Shown: positions 10,519 through 23,200 of the stretch, in pieces
Numbering within the stretch: position 1 is the first letter of the stretch
Layout of the letters: the number at the start of each line of letters is the position of its first letter
Source: Amphiscolops sp. MND2022
Lineage: Eukaryota
Reading direction: 5' to 3'
DNA length: 64,000 bases
Assembly: GCA_964187785.1 (NCBI GenBank)
Contig: OZ076417.1
Location: 45,818,001 to 45,882,000, forward strand
Position numbers and translations under genes: made by a program
The notes under the pieces: model-generated
Databases searched by the model: none
Told to the model about the DNA's origin: nothing
What the model saw: only the letters and a program-made list of their open reading frames with translations

Positions 10519-10681
10519 TTATTTTGAGTAGAAGGGTTGTGATTTGAGTTCGGGTTCGCCCCACTTGGCGGCTAAGATGAAAGAGAAGGAAACCACGGTG
10601 GTGGCCAAAACGAACACAATCGCACTCAGTCGGTCCACGATTCGGCTCAAATATTGCCAGTCTCTGATCACCGCGTTCCTC
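10519..10681 (-). CDS. Terminal coding exon (M4 helix) of a Cys-loop ligand-gated ion channel subunit, nAChR-like
   Basis: Reads RNAVIRDWQYLSRIVDRLSAIVFVLATTVVSFSFILAAKWGEPELKSQPFYSK*, matching the [DE]W..(V)A.V.DR + hydrophobic M4 signature. Acceptor TGTTTAG at 10682-10688; AATAAA overlaps the stop. Upstream exons were not identified. Confidence 0.7.
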
Positions 10682-10720
10682 CTAAACAGTCGTCCAACTT
10701 TATTCAATGCTCTCCAGAGT

Positions 10721-10955
10721 CCCAGACATTTCTGCAAGAATCTTGCAAGTGTCTTACAAAATGTGCATGACTCTCGAAGGATTCTTGCAGGAATAACTGC
10801 AAATATTAGTGATATCTTTAACAAACATTTGTCTGATCTGTGAGAAGCTGTCTTGTTTTGTCTGAAGTATTTCACACAAAATCTGACAGATTCTGACAGA
10901 TCAGACAATAACATAATTGATTCTTGCAAGATGTCTCTTGCTAGATTCTTGCTGG
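10721..10955. mobile_element. Degenerate CCCAG-type MITE with CAAGAATCTTG motifs
   Basis: Starts CCCAGAC..CTGCAAGAATCTTGCAAG; decayed inverted copy near 10937-10955. The same motif family occurs at 35-37 kb, 43.6 kb and 54.3 kb. Confidence 0.4.
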
Positions 10956-11399
10956 CCTAGATGTTCTCGAAAAACTCTTGGAGTTTTATAGAGTGTTGTA
11001 AATACATAATAAAAAATTCAAGAAGAAACGAAAAGAAAAATTGATTTATAAAATGAGCTCGAAACGCTTCCAGACTTGTTTTCAAAGATCTCAGAGGAGA
11101 CTTTCAACCTTCCCCGTAAAAAATTTGAAAGAAGTCTACAATGATAATATCAGTTGAAGTACTTCTTTCACAGCTCGGATGTAAATAGAAACTAGCAAGG
11201 AAGGAACTTCGGAGAAAAAATTTGCATTGACAGATTCTACTAGCACAAACTTCCACAAATTGAATGATTCATGAGGACAGACAATAAGATTAAACAGACA
11301 GTTTATTCAATTGGATACTTAAAAGTACACGAAGAATCAAAGAAACGGAAAAAAATCATCGAATATAAATATCCAATTAGGACGCTAAATGAGTATTTC

Positions 11400-14300
11400 T
11401 ACTCTACTAAGTTTGAGCCCTTGAGAACCAAACATGTTCCTTACTTAATTTCATTTTAAAAAAAAAACAAATTGAATAGATCTTTATCAACTATACATAA
11501 TTTTGTCAATGTCACAATATAGTTTTTGACAGTTATTGCCGGCAGATCTTTCAAATTCATAAAGATGAGCTTCAGTTCCATTAACCAGTTATGTACTATG
11601 CGTAGCGAGTTTGTCAGGGATTTACTTAGTGAATCTGTCCTATGCATGAAAAAGATTGCCCTTAGGATTCGTCGTTGCGTCTTTACAATTTTTAACAAGT
11701 TTGTTTTTGTAGCACAGCCGTATACAAGTATTCCGTACATAATTATTGATTTAGCAAACGAATTGCAAAACAAGAGTAAACAACTTTTCGGATAGATATG
11801 ACGAACACGATAGATTAATCCACAAACTGTATTAAGTTTTTTTTACAACATAGTCGATGTGTTCTCTAAACTTCAAATGTTTGTCTATGTACACTCCTAG
11901 ATACCTGAATGCATTTTTGTACTCATTTTGTTGCCCATCTATTTCAACTTTTTCTGGTTTTCCCAAGCCGAAACAGATGCTCTCGCATTTTTCTATATTA
12001 ACAGTCAATTTACTGGAACAGAACCAATTAAACATACAGTCAACATCTTTCCTAATTGAATTATCAACTCGTTTTCCTGCTTTAAATACGGTTGTATCGT
12101 CGGCAAACATTGCTAATTGACTGTTTTAAGTGCGTTTTTCGATGTCAATGAAATAAATGAGAAAGCGAAGCGGACCTAAAACTGAACCCTGTGTAACCCC
12201 GGTACTCAACAAATTGACTTGGCATTTCATCCCGTTATTTATGGTATATTGTCTTCTTCCATGGAGATAACTTTCAAGAATTTGCCATACCTTTCCTCTG
12301 AAGCCATATTTTTCAATTTTATTTCAGTTTTCAATTTTATTCAGTTTGCTGTGATCAAGTTTATCAAACGCTTTTTTCAGGTCAATGAAACAAACTTGGC
12401 CGGTCGACTTTTCATCAATTTCATCTCTCATATAATACTCAGTGACTGAGATTATTGCATTATTACAGGAGATTTTTTCACTGAAACCAAACTGCTTTAA
12501 TGACAATATTTCATTTTTATTGCAAAAGACTATCATTCGTTTGAACAAAAGATGCTCGGAAATTTTGGAAAGAGATTTTAGTAGGCTAATTGGTCTATAG
12601 TTTCAGGATTCGAATAATCACCTCTTTTGTAAAAAGGTAATACTTTAGCTATTTTTAAAGATGATGGGAATACACCTTGATCTATTGATTTATTAAAAAT
12701 GTCCACTGAAGAAGGTTCGACTGTTGGCGAGCAACATTTTAGAATTTCGTTGCTTATTCCATCGTGACATCGTGACCGGCATTGTTTTGTTCTTAAGTAT
12801 TCTCAAAACCTTCGAAACTTCATTTTCGTTCGTATGTGATAGTACCATTGTTTTTTATTTCGCTCAATTTTGCATTTACGTTTTTGATTCGGTATTTCAG
12901 ATGATAATGCCGGACCGATTGAAGTGAAATAAATGTTCAATATTTCTGAACTTGGTGTCTGTGGAATGCTACGTTGTTGTCGCTTTTGTTGTTTCAATGT
13001 GTTGTAAAGTGTCTTTGGAGTTGGTTGGTGACCTAATTTCCTAAAATTAGCATCACGTTTTGCTGCTCGTATTTTTTGTGTCACTTCATTCCGTTGTTTT
13101 TTATAGGCTGACCGAATAGTCCCATTGGAATTTTCAATCGATTTTTGAAATAGTTTATCCCGCTTCGTACTAGATCTCTTTATTTGATTCATGATCCATT
13201 CAGGAGGTCGCTTGTTTAGCGCACTGTTCTTTTCCGGAGTGCAATGTTCTTTTCAACACACTCCATAATTGTTTTCGCTAACAATTCAACTTTGTGTTTT
13301 ATGTCGATTTCATTAGGTAATCGTTGTAGTTTATTCAGCAGGAGGAATAGGAAATTTGGCGCTTTTTCACCTTTGATTCCCCTAAATTGCGGTATTTAGT
13401 TATTGCTGTTATATTTTGAGGCAATACTGAGGATCCTCCAAGTAAAATATCTGCAGTAACTGTGTACTGATCACTTTTTGTGGCGGGTATAGTGTTCGTT
13501 TTTAAAAAACTTGAAGTTATCATTTGACCAAGACAGCTCCTTGAATTAGGGGTAACTATCGTCGGCAGTGTATTCTGAATATCAAAATCATATGCAGCCA
13601 AAAGATTCTCATATTGTTTTTTTCACCGCTTTCTTCCAGTGTGTCAATGTTGAAGTCACTGATGATCAATGTGTCGGCTCTCTGGCTTCTCAAATAGAAC
13701 AGGATGTTTTCGAGTTCCTCAAAAAAGTAATTTAGTTTGACACTGTCAAGTCTGTATATTAGACAAAAATTCATTGTTTTAAAATCATCAAGCTGTACTT
13801 CGAACAGCGAGCATTCTAACTTATTATCAAAATTCAGCGGTTTGTTTTTTACTGAGTTTTCGAAATAGAAAGCGACTCCTCCTGATCGTCGGTCACATTC
13901 AGTTCTCGCAAAAGACCTAATGGGTTGATAGCCTTGCAAATCGTATTGATCCATATAATCATTTTCACCTATCGATGTTTCCGTTAAAAGAATTATTTTA
14001 AGTAGTTTCCTAAAACTATTTCATGTTTCATTGGCGCAATGATTTGGTTCTCAAAACAAAAAGTGTTTGTTGCTTTTTTCCGAGAAGACTTGCAGTCAAA
14101 CTTCATTTTTAGTTTTTTGTAGTTGTCGTTGAACCGTTTTCTTATTGTTTTTGTTAGTTCAAGTTTGACCCCAAACTAAACGCCCGAAGCGTTTGTTGTT
14201 GGAGAAATTCCGGTCAACCGTAAAGATTTTTCCTCAGCACCAAAATTACCAGGAGATTCTTTGAATCGTTTAGGATTGTTCGTTGACAACTGATGTGATG

Positions 14301-14950
14301 TTTTTGACGGATTATCATCGGCTGGATTCTTCTGCTTTGGTTTCATTTTGAGAATAGCACACTTTTGGAAGTCATCAACTGCTTTAATGCTGTTTACTGT
14401 TACAGTTTTGAAAATTTCATTGTCATCTTTTTCGAACACTTCTACATCACAATTGTATGTTGTAGTTATCAATCCAAGGCTGTCGGCGTGCGCGCTGGAA
14501 TCACTTTTTGCACCCGCGGTAGACGTTTGATGTAAATACCTTTTCGATTGAGAGAGTTTGATTTTTCTGGCACGTTCTCCAAGATTCAGCAGTCTTTTGA
14601 AGAATATTTTTCCCCTGCTGTAACTCTAAGGTCAAGATCAGATACTTCATTCTGTAACGTTTTGATTTGATAATCTTTAGCAGCAATTTCCGAGCATAAA
14701 TGTTGATGAATTTGTTTAAGTTTTTCATTCTCAAGATTTTCTATTTCAGATAATGCAATGAACGAATCTATATATGGTAACTCGAACAGTATAGCGTGCA
14801 AACGATTACGTAATAATAAGAATAAGAATACAGCTGTAACGACCGACTGTTCAGCTCAACATTGACAACGCTTATTGCAATGATTGCATTTTTCTCAACG
14901 AAGTTTCTCGAGGCCTTTCTACTTAAGAATAACACCCCCCCCCCATTTCC
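11400..14950 (-). pseudogene. Degenerate near-full-length LINE (CR1/L2-like), ORF1 plus APE-RT ORF2
   Basis: ORF1 coiled coil with E.YSSKDC (14586-14801). APE pieces GGVAFY, IYR, SDFNID (13556-13954). RT pieces QFGF, DLKKAFD, GVTQGSVLGP (~12150-12205), FADD (12110) and YLGV. Many stops and frameshifts; ends approximate. Confidence 0.88.
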
Positions 14951-15848
14951 CCTACCATATGGTCCTTCGCGATGCATTTCAATTTTTTTCCCATTCCTTT
15001 CTGCGTTTCGGCAAAAAAACAGTCAAATGATGAGAATTGATTTTATTGGTCATTAAGTACCTTCTGAACTGAAAGAAGGCAACACAAGCCAACTCGGATG
15101 GATTACTTTTTGGCATGGAATTTCAGAAGCATTTCTGTAGTATGTAGTATCAATTTCAGTTTGTAATTTTTAAAACAAAAATTTTATTTTGCTGGAAAAA
15201 AACAAAGGTTGACCTGCAAAAAACTATACAGCAATGTATGGGTCTTTCACTGGAACATTCGATAGGTACATGCAAATATTTCCTCGAAATGACAGTGCTG
15301 AAAATTTTCTTCAATCGTGTGAGTGATTTTTTTTCGCAATAAAGTTTTTTTTCCATTTTAACATTTGTACCTTCTCTCCCTCTGTTTCTCGTACATGACA
15401 CCTTCACACAGTTTCTCCAGCTTTGACAGTTGGGAGACAACTTCTACCATGCCCGGACTACCGCCCCCTGTGCTTGTCTGCCCCAAAGATGCCCCGCCCA
15501 CTGGTTGCATTCCTGGGGTTCTTTGGTGACCTAATAACAGAAGCTTTTATTAAAGTTAATTAGATTCTTGGTGTGACCTGTAAGCTGATAGTTTTGACAT
15601 TTAATTGACCTCAATGACCTACATGTATCCGGCACCTAAGATATTCAGGTTCTCGATTATCCCGTATTTAGAATATTCGAATAGAAACATTTTCCGTATA
15701 AGGTTGCATAACAATTATCTTTGCATTTCTCAATTAGTCAAAGATATTAAAGTGAAAATCTTTTCAAATGTTCTGCCATCGAAAAATCGTGCTATTCACT
15801 GAAACAACCGCTGTGTTCTAGCCATTCATAACAGACAGAAACTATCAG

Positions 15849-16170
15849 TTACTATAGTCATGGCTTTTCGTCAGTGTTTTTCTATTTTTTATACACCTCA
15901 ATTGACCAAAATCGTTCTACCAAAAGTTCTACAAAATTTTATATTGCACCCGTTGGCTCAGGAAACTGAACCAAAAAGCTTTTTCTTTTTTCCGCGTAAC
16001 ATCTTACGGGGCGAGACTAAAGGGTCCACTTTTCAGTTTTTTTCGGCATTTTGCAACTTTTTTCGAAACTTTTTTTCCACCAAAGGGTTCCCCCTTCATT
16101 TTTTTTGAATTTTGCGACAGAATGGATGTTGAAAAATCTCAAACGGTCCTCCCGTTTTTCGGCATTGAGA
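15849..16170 (+). mobile_element. HINE-family partial copy D
   Basis: Internal body is the inverted homologue of 16719-17148 and similar to 60557-61083. Termini are decayed or missing. Confidence 0.6.
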
Positions 16171-16718
16171 CTTTTTTCAAAATTTTGTTTCATAAGTTAC
16201 AAGTTTCATTAAGTTGTTTCATAAATTTGCAAGTAATTATTGACCCCTTCAAATATTTTATCAAGAAGTCTTCAATTTACAAGTTTCTTGCAAGTTTAAA
16301 TGATAAGGGTTTTACTGAGCAGCGTATAGTGCTTTCAGAACAGAGACTAACCTAAGTGTTCATTGCAACACGTTTATCAGGCTTCTTGGTGACAGAGATC
16401 ATTTCTATTGATAATTGAACTTTCAAATTGTTCTTCACTTGACCCCACTTCCGACATGACCTTTTTTTTAGATGAACTAGTTCATGTTGTCAATGCACTG
16501 CATGAAAAAGAGCCTCTATGAAGTATAATTATCGGTCTTGAAAACTGTCAAGATGCGAAAATTGGCAAAGGTTAGGCAATACTCCGTTTTCTACGTAAAA
16601 GTTCAAACATCATTGGTCATCAAAAACGAGCACCAATTTCTTTAATTGCACAAGGAGTGATTTCTCGTTTATGCTTGCACAGGTCATGACTTAAGATGAC
16701 GAAACCAAAAGCGAGACT

Positions 16719-17148
16719 AACAAATCGGGACCAGCCCAAGTCGGTGCCATATCTAAGGCTCAAAAATAGCAAAAGGACTTTAAAATGTTAAAATATTGGA
16801 GAAATGGGAACCCTTTATGAAAAAAATTCGAAAAAATTCTCGCAATGCCCAAAAACGGGAGGTTTGAGATTTTTCAACATCCATTCTGTCGCAAATTTCA
16901 AAAAAAATTGAAAGGGGGAACCCTTCGGTGGAAAAAGAAGTTTCGAAAAACTGAAAAGTGGACTATTTAGTCTCGCACCGTGATAAACTTTTTTGGTTCA
17001 GTTCTTTGGGCCAACAGGTACAAACAAAAAACTTGTAGACCTTTTGGTAGAACTATTTTGGCCACTTCAAGTGTATCGAAAAAAAACACTGACGAAAAGC
17101 CATGACTGTTAGGCGACTCATTTCTTCAAAAAAGCGCCGACTAAAAAT
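16719..17148 (-). mobile_element. HINE-family copy B
   Basis: AACAAATCGGGACC..AAGTCGGTGCCATATCTAAGGCTCAAAA at the left end; GCGCCGACTAAAAA at the right end. Confidence 0.75.
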
Positions 17149-17254
17149 TGGGATCGTAACATATGTATTCATGAAGACCTTACAAAAGTTGTTAAAACAG
17201 AATTTGTTTTAGATTTTGGTAAAGTTTTTGTGGGTATGATTATCTGCAGCACTA

Positions 17255-17699
17255 AATAGGGGAACCTCTTGGATTTTTGTACATACATTTTTGCAAAACA
17301 TCAAAAAAATGATGGGGGATTCTTTGAGGATTTTTTTTCAAAAAAAGTCTCACAATGTCGAAACGAACTCAAAGGGTGGACCTTTTGGGAATTCTCAACA
17401 TCCACTCTGTCACCAAGCATCATACAAATTGTAGGGGGACACTTCGAAAAAAAATTTCGGGAAAAATTCTAACAATGTCGAAAAAAGTGAAAGGGGGCAC
17501 TTTAGTCTCGCCCAGTACTGTAGGTTATGCGGAAAAACAGGAACAACGTTCGTGGTTCAGTTCGCTGTGCCCAACAGTTCAATTTGATACTATAATAATT
17601 CGTAGAGTTTTTGTAGAACTATTTTGGGCAGTTCGTGTGGATTGAAAAAAAGAGTCACTATAATAGTCGCGTTTCACTTTAAGAAGCGCCCACTAAAAA
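17255..17699 (-). mobile_element. HINE-family 3'-truncated copy C
   Basis: Right end TAATAGTCGCG...GCGCCCACTAAAAA; body similar to copies B and I. Confidence 0.6.
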
Positions 17700-17710
17700 G
17701 TTATATTATA

Positions 17711-19244
17711 CAACTTCAAGCATCAATTAGTCAAAACTAAGATGGAATTAGTTAAAGTTACCTTGAATTTAATCAAGTAAGCATAAGTAAACAGCGGTAA
17801 AGTGGAGTTAAACAGAAATAATTTTGACTTGAACAAGTGCAGAAACTCAATTGGAATTAGACAAAGTAAACTGAACTTAATCGAGAAGAATAAGTTTCTT
17901 CTCGGCCAATACAAGCAGGAAGGTAGGTTGTCGTGTGGTTATACCAGGATTGGCATTGATTTTCCACCGGCAGTAGAAGAAATGATGTCGTAGATAGTGT
18001 CAGATCTAACCTGCTACAGTGTTCTACCATTCAATATCTCTCCTGTAGGGGAAATGAACTCATCTTTTCGTGATGCCAATGATCGTTTGATAGCTTGTTT
18101 CCTACCGCTTATCGCATTTTTGGCCATGTATTTCGGTATCCTTCGAACAATGAAGTTGCCGGGATCACCGAGGTCACTAACGCGAATATGAGGCCGAGCA
18201 TTATCATAAATGCAGATTCCGGAAACGTTCAAATCGGCCAAATTTTCATTACCACACAAAACTTCAAGAAAACTTTCTGCTGTCATTCCTCAAGCAAAAA
18301 CCTGATAATGAACTAGCCCTTGGCGATTTGAAATAGCAATACAGACCGTAATCTTCGGTCCGCGTTGATCAGATACTCTGCGATAAACGCGGTCGCCTTT
18401 TTTCGATATTCCTTGATTGCACCTAGTTTGAATATTTATTTCAAACTCACCATTCAAAACTTGTTCTCATTGACCACGTTAGGAACCAGGAGCCAGCGAG
18501 TATAATCATAACTTTGTTCTATTGTGTCGACCGTATTGCGTTCAGCTGGTCTATCCCTTTCAAAGTACTAAGAGACCCATCTAAGGCAATTGACAAAGCC
18601 TGGTCAGAGAAGAATGGATTATTGAGATAATGATGAACCATCACGTTGAGATCTTTTTTCGTGACTAGGAGATTTTATTCAAGACACCGTATGGCGGTCT
18701 CTACGCGTTAATCGTCAACTTTTCTGTTCAATTCGGAACAAACTCTTGGCGAATTGGTGGCACGTTTCTCTTGACAATGCTGTAAGCAGTTCTTCTCTTT
18801 ATTTTGAGAATTTTGACCAACTCTACAAAGTCTTCGTCGTTCTAATATGCATCCAACAGTCGCTGTTCATCTTGATCGGAAATTTTATCGTAAGGACCAT
18901 TTGACTGTCGAAGTCGTGGCACTTCTTCAAATTTCACCTCAGTGCGTTTCTGAACTTCCAAGTTCGAAATTAGAGGAATTGACTGCCGCATTGAATTGTT
19001 GAACTTTTTAGTGTATGTCATTGGAATTTGTTTTTTTTTTTGTGTTGGGTTAGAAACGCACTGTCTGTGTTGGTTTAAGTCAATTTGAACTTGTTTAATT
19101 CAATCTCACTTTGATTAATTTTACGCGCATTTGATTACATCGTTTTTAGTTTGACTAAGTAGTTCTGAGTTTTCACGTTGATTTGAATCGAACTTCCGAT
19201 TGTTTAATTACTTCACTTCGGTTGAATTTGGCCTTGAAAAGGTG
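17711..19244 (-). pseudogene. Decayed IS630/Tc1-superfamily (DDE_3-type) transposon
   Basis: HTH remnant YDKISDQDEQRLLDAY*NDEDFVELVKILKIKRRTAYSIVKR (~18770-18900); GDRVYRRVSDQRGPKITVCIAIS; IYDNARPH...IPKY with the SPxLN motif deleted. Weak TIRs (CAAC-TTCAAG / CACCTTTTCAAG) are each flanked by TA. Confidence 0.72.
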
Positions 19245-19639
19245 TACATGGTTTTTAAAGGAATTTACCATCTTTTCGAATTCTATTACGCAATATCTCA
19301 ATTACCACTGATCAAAAGGACACCGCGGGCTTGACACTTGTTTTCATCTTTCATGTTTAACACTCCCTCTGAAAAAGATTTTTTACAATTGCACAGGCAA
19401 AAACAAGTTTATTTCTGAAGAAACAATACTTTCAAGAAAAAATTAAAGCATTAGCAATCCGTGCACGTTTTGCGGGGTACCTTTTTAAGGAAAGGGCTTT
19501 TTGGAATCAAAGGCACAACGTTTACCCTTGTCATTTTTGTTACGAGCAGCGGTCTTCGAGATATTTGCTTGATGAATTTCGGGAAATCCATAAGTCAACC
19601 AAAGCCGCATTTGCGGTGAAGTAGTCGGCTTTGGTCTTT

Positions 19640-20240
19640 TTCCTTCTGACTCGCTCCAATACCAGTCATACGTATTTATTGAAATTGCACACATAGACCA
19701 TCCTATGGTGTAGAAAATGACTGTAGAAAGTTTCATTCGAATCGTATGAACAGTTTTTGCAAAAGTAAAAAAAAATCGAAAAATGGCTAGTTTTTGGCTA
19801 TTTTTGGGTTAATTTAGGCTATGTTTCTCAGATCCCAGCAATACGAATTTGATGAAATTACACACAAAGGACAATAATATGGTGCAGAATGACTAGAAAA
19901 TTTCGTTCGAATCGTATGGACAGTTTTTGAGAAAATCGGAAAAAGTCGAAAAATAAGTGTTTTTTTGGCCATTTTTGGGTTCATTTTGGCTATGTTTCTC
20001 ACATCTCAGCCATACGATTTGGATGCCATTGCACATATAGGACTATAATATGGTGTAGAATAACTAGAAAATTTCGTTCGAATCGTATGGACAGTTTTTG
20101 AGAAAATCGAAAAAAGACGAAAAATGGCTGTTTTTTGGTTTCCATACGATTTTGATGCCTCTGCACACGCAGGGGCCCCTTTGGGTGTAGAATGACTGTG
20201 CAAAATATCGTGAAAATCTTTTGGACAGTGTTTGAGAAAT
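19640..20240. repeat. ~171-bp diverged tandem repeat, about 3.5 units
   Basis: GCTATGTTTCTCA at 19818 and 19989; AAATTTC(A/G)TTCGAATCGTATG(A/G)ACAGTTTTTG recurs near 19730, 19900 and 20070. Confidence 0.85.
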
Positions 20241-23200
20241 TTGAAATATTCATGAAAAAGCCTGGAGAAAAAAAAACAAAAAAAACAGCACGATTGCATA
20301 AGTAGTCGAAAATTTTTTCCGAGTCCTAAAAATATACAAATGGTAAGTCTGATTGAAATTGGAGAAAATTTTGCTCCTGGATTTTTTTTGCGCAAATTTT
20401 CGTCACCGAATTCGAATGTCTTTAATTTTTGATACCCTTGTATATGTTAAATTGGAATGAACATTTTATATATAATGCTCATTCCATTGAAAAGCAAAGC
20501 ACATGGCGTAGACGCGTTTCCCTAAAAAGTGGAAATGCTTCAGTTTTCTCCTAATTCATCAGGGCTTTCCACGTCTTTGTTCAATTATACTTCAGTAGGT
20601 TTGAATGAGGAAAAGCATTCAAAAGTGAATTGAATCGATTCTTTTGAGAATTGAAATGAAAATCATGAGAAATTTCAGCCCCTGGCAACTAAAAAGTAAC
20701 GTTTTCAAAGGAATTTCTGATAAAAATGATTTCTTTTTCGATCACGTGCTTAACATTTACGTCACAAATGAATGTTTTTTAAAAAGACTTTGTTGGAATT
20801 TAAAAACTGTTAGATCAACAACAAAGATGTGGGAAAACAACATTTAAAGCTGATCAGCATTCCTTTTAAAATAGATACTTATTTTTCTTTTGACGCAAAG
20901 CATGATTTCATCAGAGCACAGAAACACCATTAGTTGTTCGAACGGAATATTTCTCCCCAAATAGTGTGAAGAAAATGCAACTCTTAATTTTTGCGACTTA
21001 CAGATTTTTGAACCAAGTCTGATTCTTATAATTTTCGGTTTTCAATTATCTGCCCACCATTTTTCCATGCAAACATTTTCTCTCACCGCTAATCGATTCA
21101 GGAAAAACTCTCCGCTTGGCAGGTTTGTTATTACAATTTTTTGTCAACTTATAGACAAAAGGCGAAAGGTTTTATTGTATTCTAAACTCGTTGTCAAAAA
21201 AGTTCTTGGTTTCAAGCACTATGGCTCAAAAACACTACGTGAGTTCCTAGAAAAAAGTTTTCATCACCTTGTATTCTTGGAATGATGAAACCTCGCTTCC
21301 TGTTCAATTTTGAAAACTTGTTCGTGCTCAACTTCTACACTTCCTGTTGACCGTTTTTAATTGAAGTTTTCACGTTTTTCATTGAATTGCTTCACATGTG
21401 AAATACAATCTAAGGCTATTTTTCCTTTTACCCCACCATTTCAAAGAAAAAAATCAACAAAGGAGAACATATGGCTATATCGTTTAATATTTCTTCATAT
21501 AAATCTTTCCTTTGTTTTGTTGTCTCCACATGAACTCACAGAAGTAACTGTTAGCCATACAATTTTTTGCTCACGCTAACATACAATTTTTCGAAATCAT
21601 TTTTGCGAATCAGAATAAAACCGGAAGTGAGCTGAACAAAGTTTTAAAGAGATTTTTCAATATTGAAAAAGGAGATAAATTTTTTGAAATTAAGTGAAAT
21701 GTTTCATTGGAAACGCAATTGATAGTGAATTAATTGCTAAAACGATATCATCTAGAAAAGTGTGTGGGAAAAGAAAAAAGTTCCCAATTTCAAAGATAAC
21801 TCGATGTTTCTCAGATCCCAGCAATACGAATTTGATGAAATTACACAAAAAGGACAATAATATGGCGCAGAATGACTAGAAAATTTCGTTCGAATCGTAT
21901 GGACAGTTTTTGAGAAAATCGAAAAAAGACGAAAAATGGCTGTTTTTTGGTTTCCATACGATTTTGATGCCTCTGCACACGCAGGGGCCCCTTTGGGTGT
22001 AGAATGACTGTGCAAAATATCGTGAAAATCTTTTGGACAGTGTTTGAGAAATTTGAAATATTCATGAAAAGGCCTGGAGAAAAAAAAACAAAAAAAAACA
22101 GCACGATTGCATAAGTAGTCGAAAATTTTTTCCGAGTCCTAAAAATATACAAATGGTAAGTCTGATTGAAATTGGAGAAAATTTTGCTCCTGGATTTTTT
22201 TTGCGCAAATTTTCGTCACCGAATTCGAATGTCTTTAATTTTTGATACCCTTGTATATGTTAAATTGGAATGAACATTTTATATATAATGCTCATTCCAT
22301 TGAAAAGTAAAGCACATGGCGTAGACGCGTTTCCCTAAAAAGTGGAAATGCTTCAGTTTTCTCCTAATTCATCAGGGCTTTCCACGTCTTTGTTCAATTA
22401 TACTTCAGTAGGTTTGAATGAGGAAAAGCATTCAAAAGTGAATTGAATCGATTCTTTTGAGAATTGAAATGAAAATCATGAGAAATTTCAGCCCCTGGCA
22501 ACTAAAAAGTAACGTTTTCAAAGGAATTTCTGATAAAAATGATTTCTTTTTCGATCACGTGCTTAACATTTACGTCACAAATGAATGTTTTTAAAAAAGA
22601 CTTTGTTGGAATTTAAAAAAACCTGTTAGATCAACAACAAAGATGTGGGAAAACAACATTTAAAGCTGATCAGCATTCCTTTTAAAATAGATACTTATTT
22701 TTCTTTTGACGCAAAGCATGATTTCATCAGAGCACAGAAACACCATTAGTTGTTCGAACGGAATATTTCTCCCCAAATAGTGTGAAGAAAATGCAGCTCT
22801 TAAATTTTGCGACTTACAGATTTTTGAACCAAGTCTGATTCTTATAATTTTCGGTTTTCAATTATCTGCCCACCATTTTTCCATGCAAACATTTTCTCTC
22901 ACCGCTAATCGATTCAGGAAAAACTCTCCGCTTGGCAGGTTTGTTATTACAATTTTTTTGTCAACTTATAGACAAAAGGCGAAAGGTTTTATTGTATTCT
23001 AAACTCGTTGTCAAAAAAGTTCTTGGTTTCAAGCACTACGGCTCAAAAACACTACGTGAGTTCCTAGAAAAAAGTTTTCATCATCTTGTATTCTTGGAAT
23101 GATGAAACCTCGCTTCCTGTTCAATTTTGAAAACTTTTTCGTGCTCAACTTCTACACTTCCTGTTGACCGTTTTTAATTGAAGTTTTCACGTTTTTCATT

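Noticed and set aside
10682-10929. N-terminal part of ORF 10519-10929 as ion-channel sequence
   Set aside because: It lies upstream of a splice acceptor and consists of CAAGAATCTTG MITE repeats.
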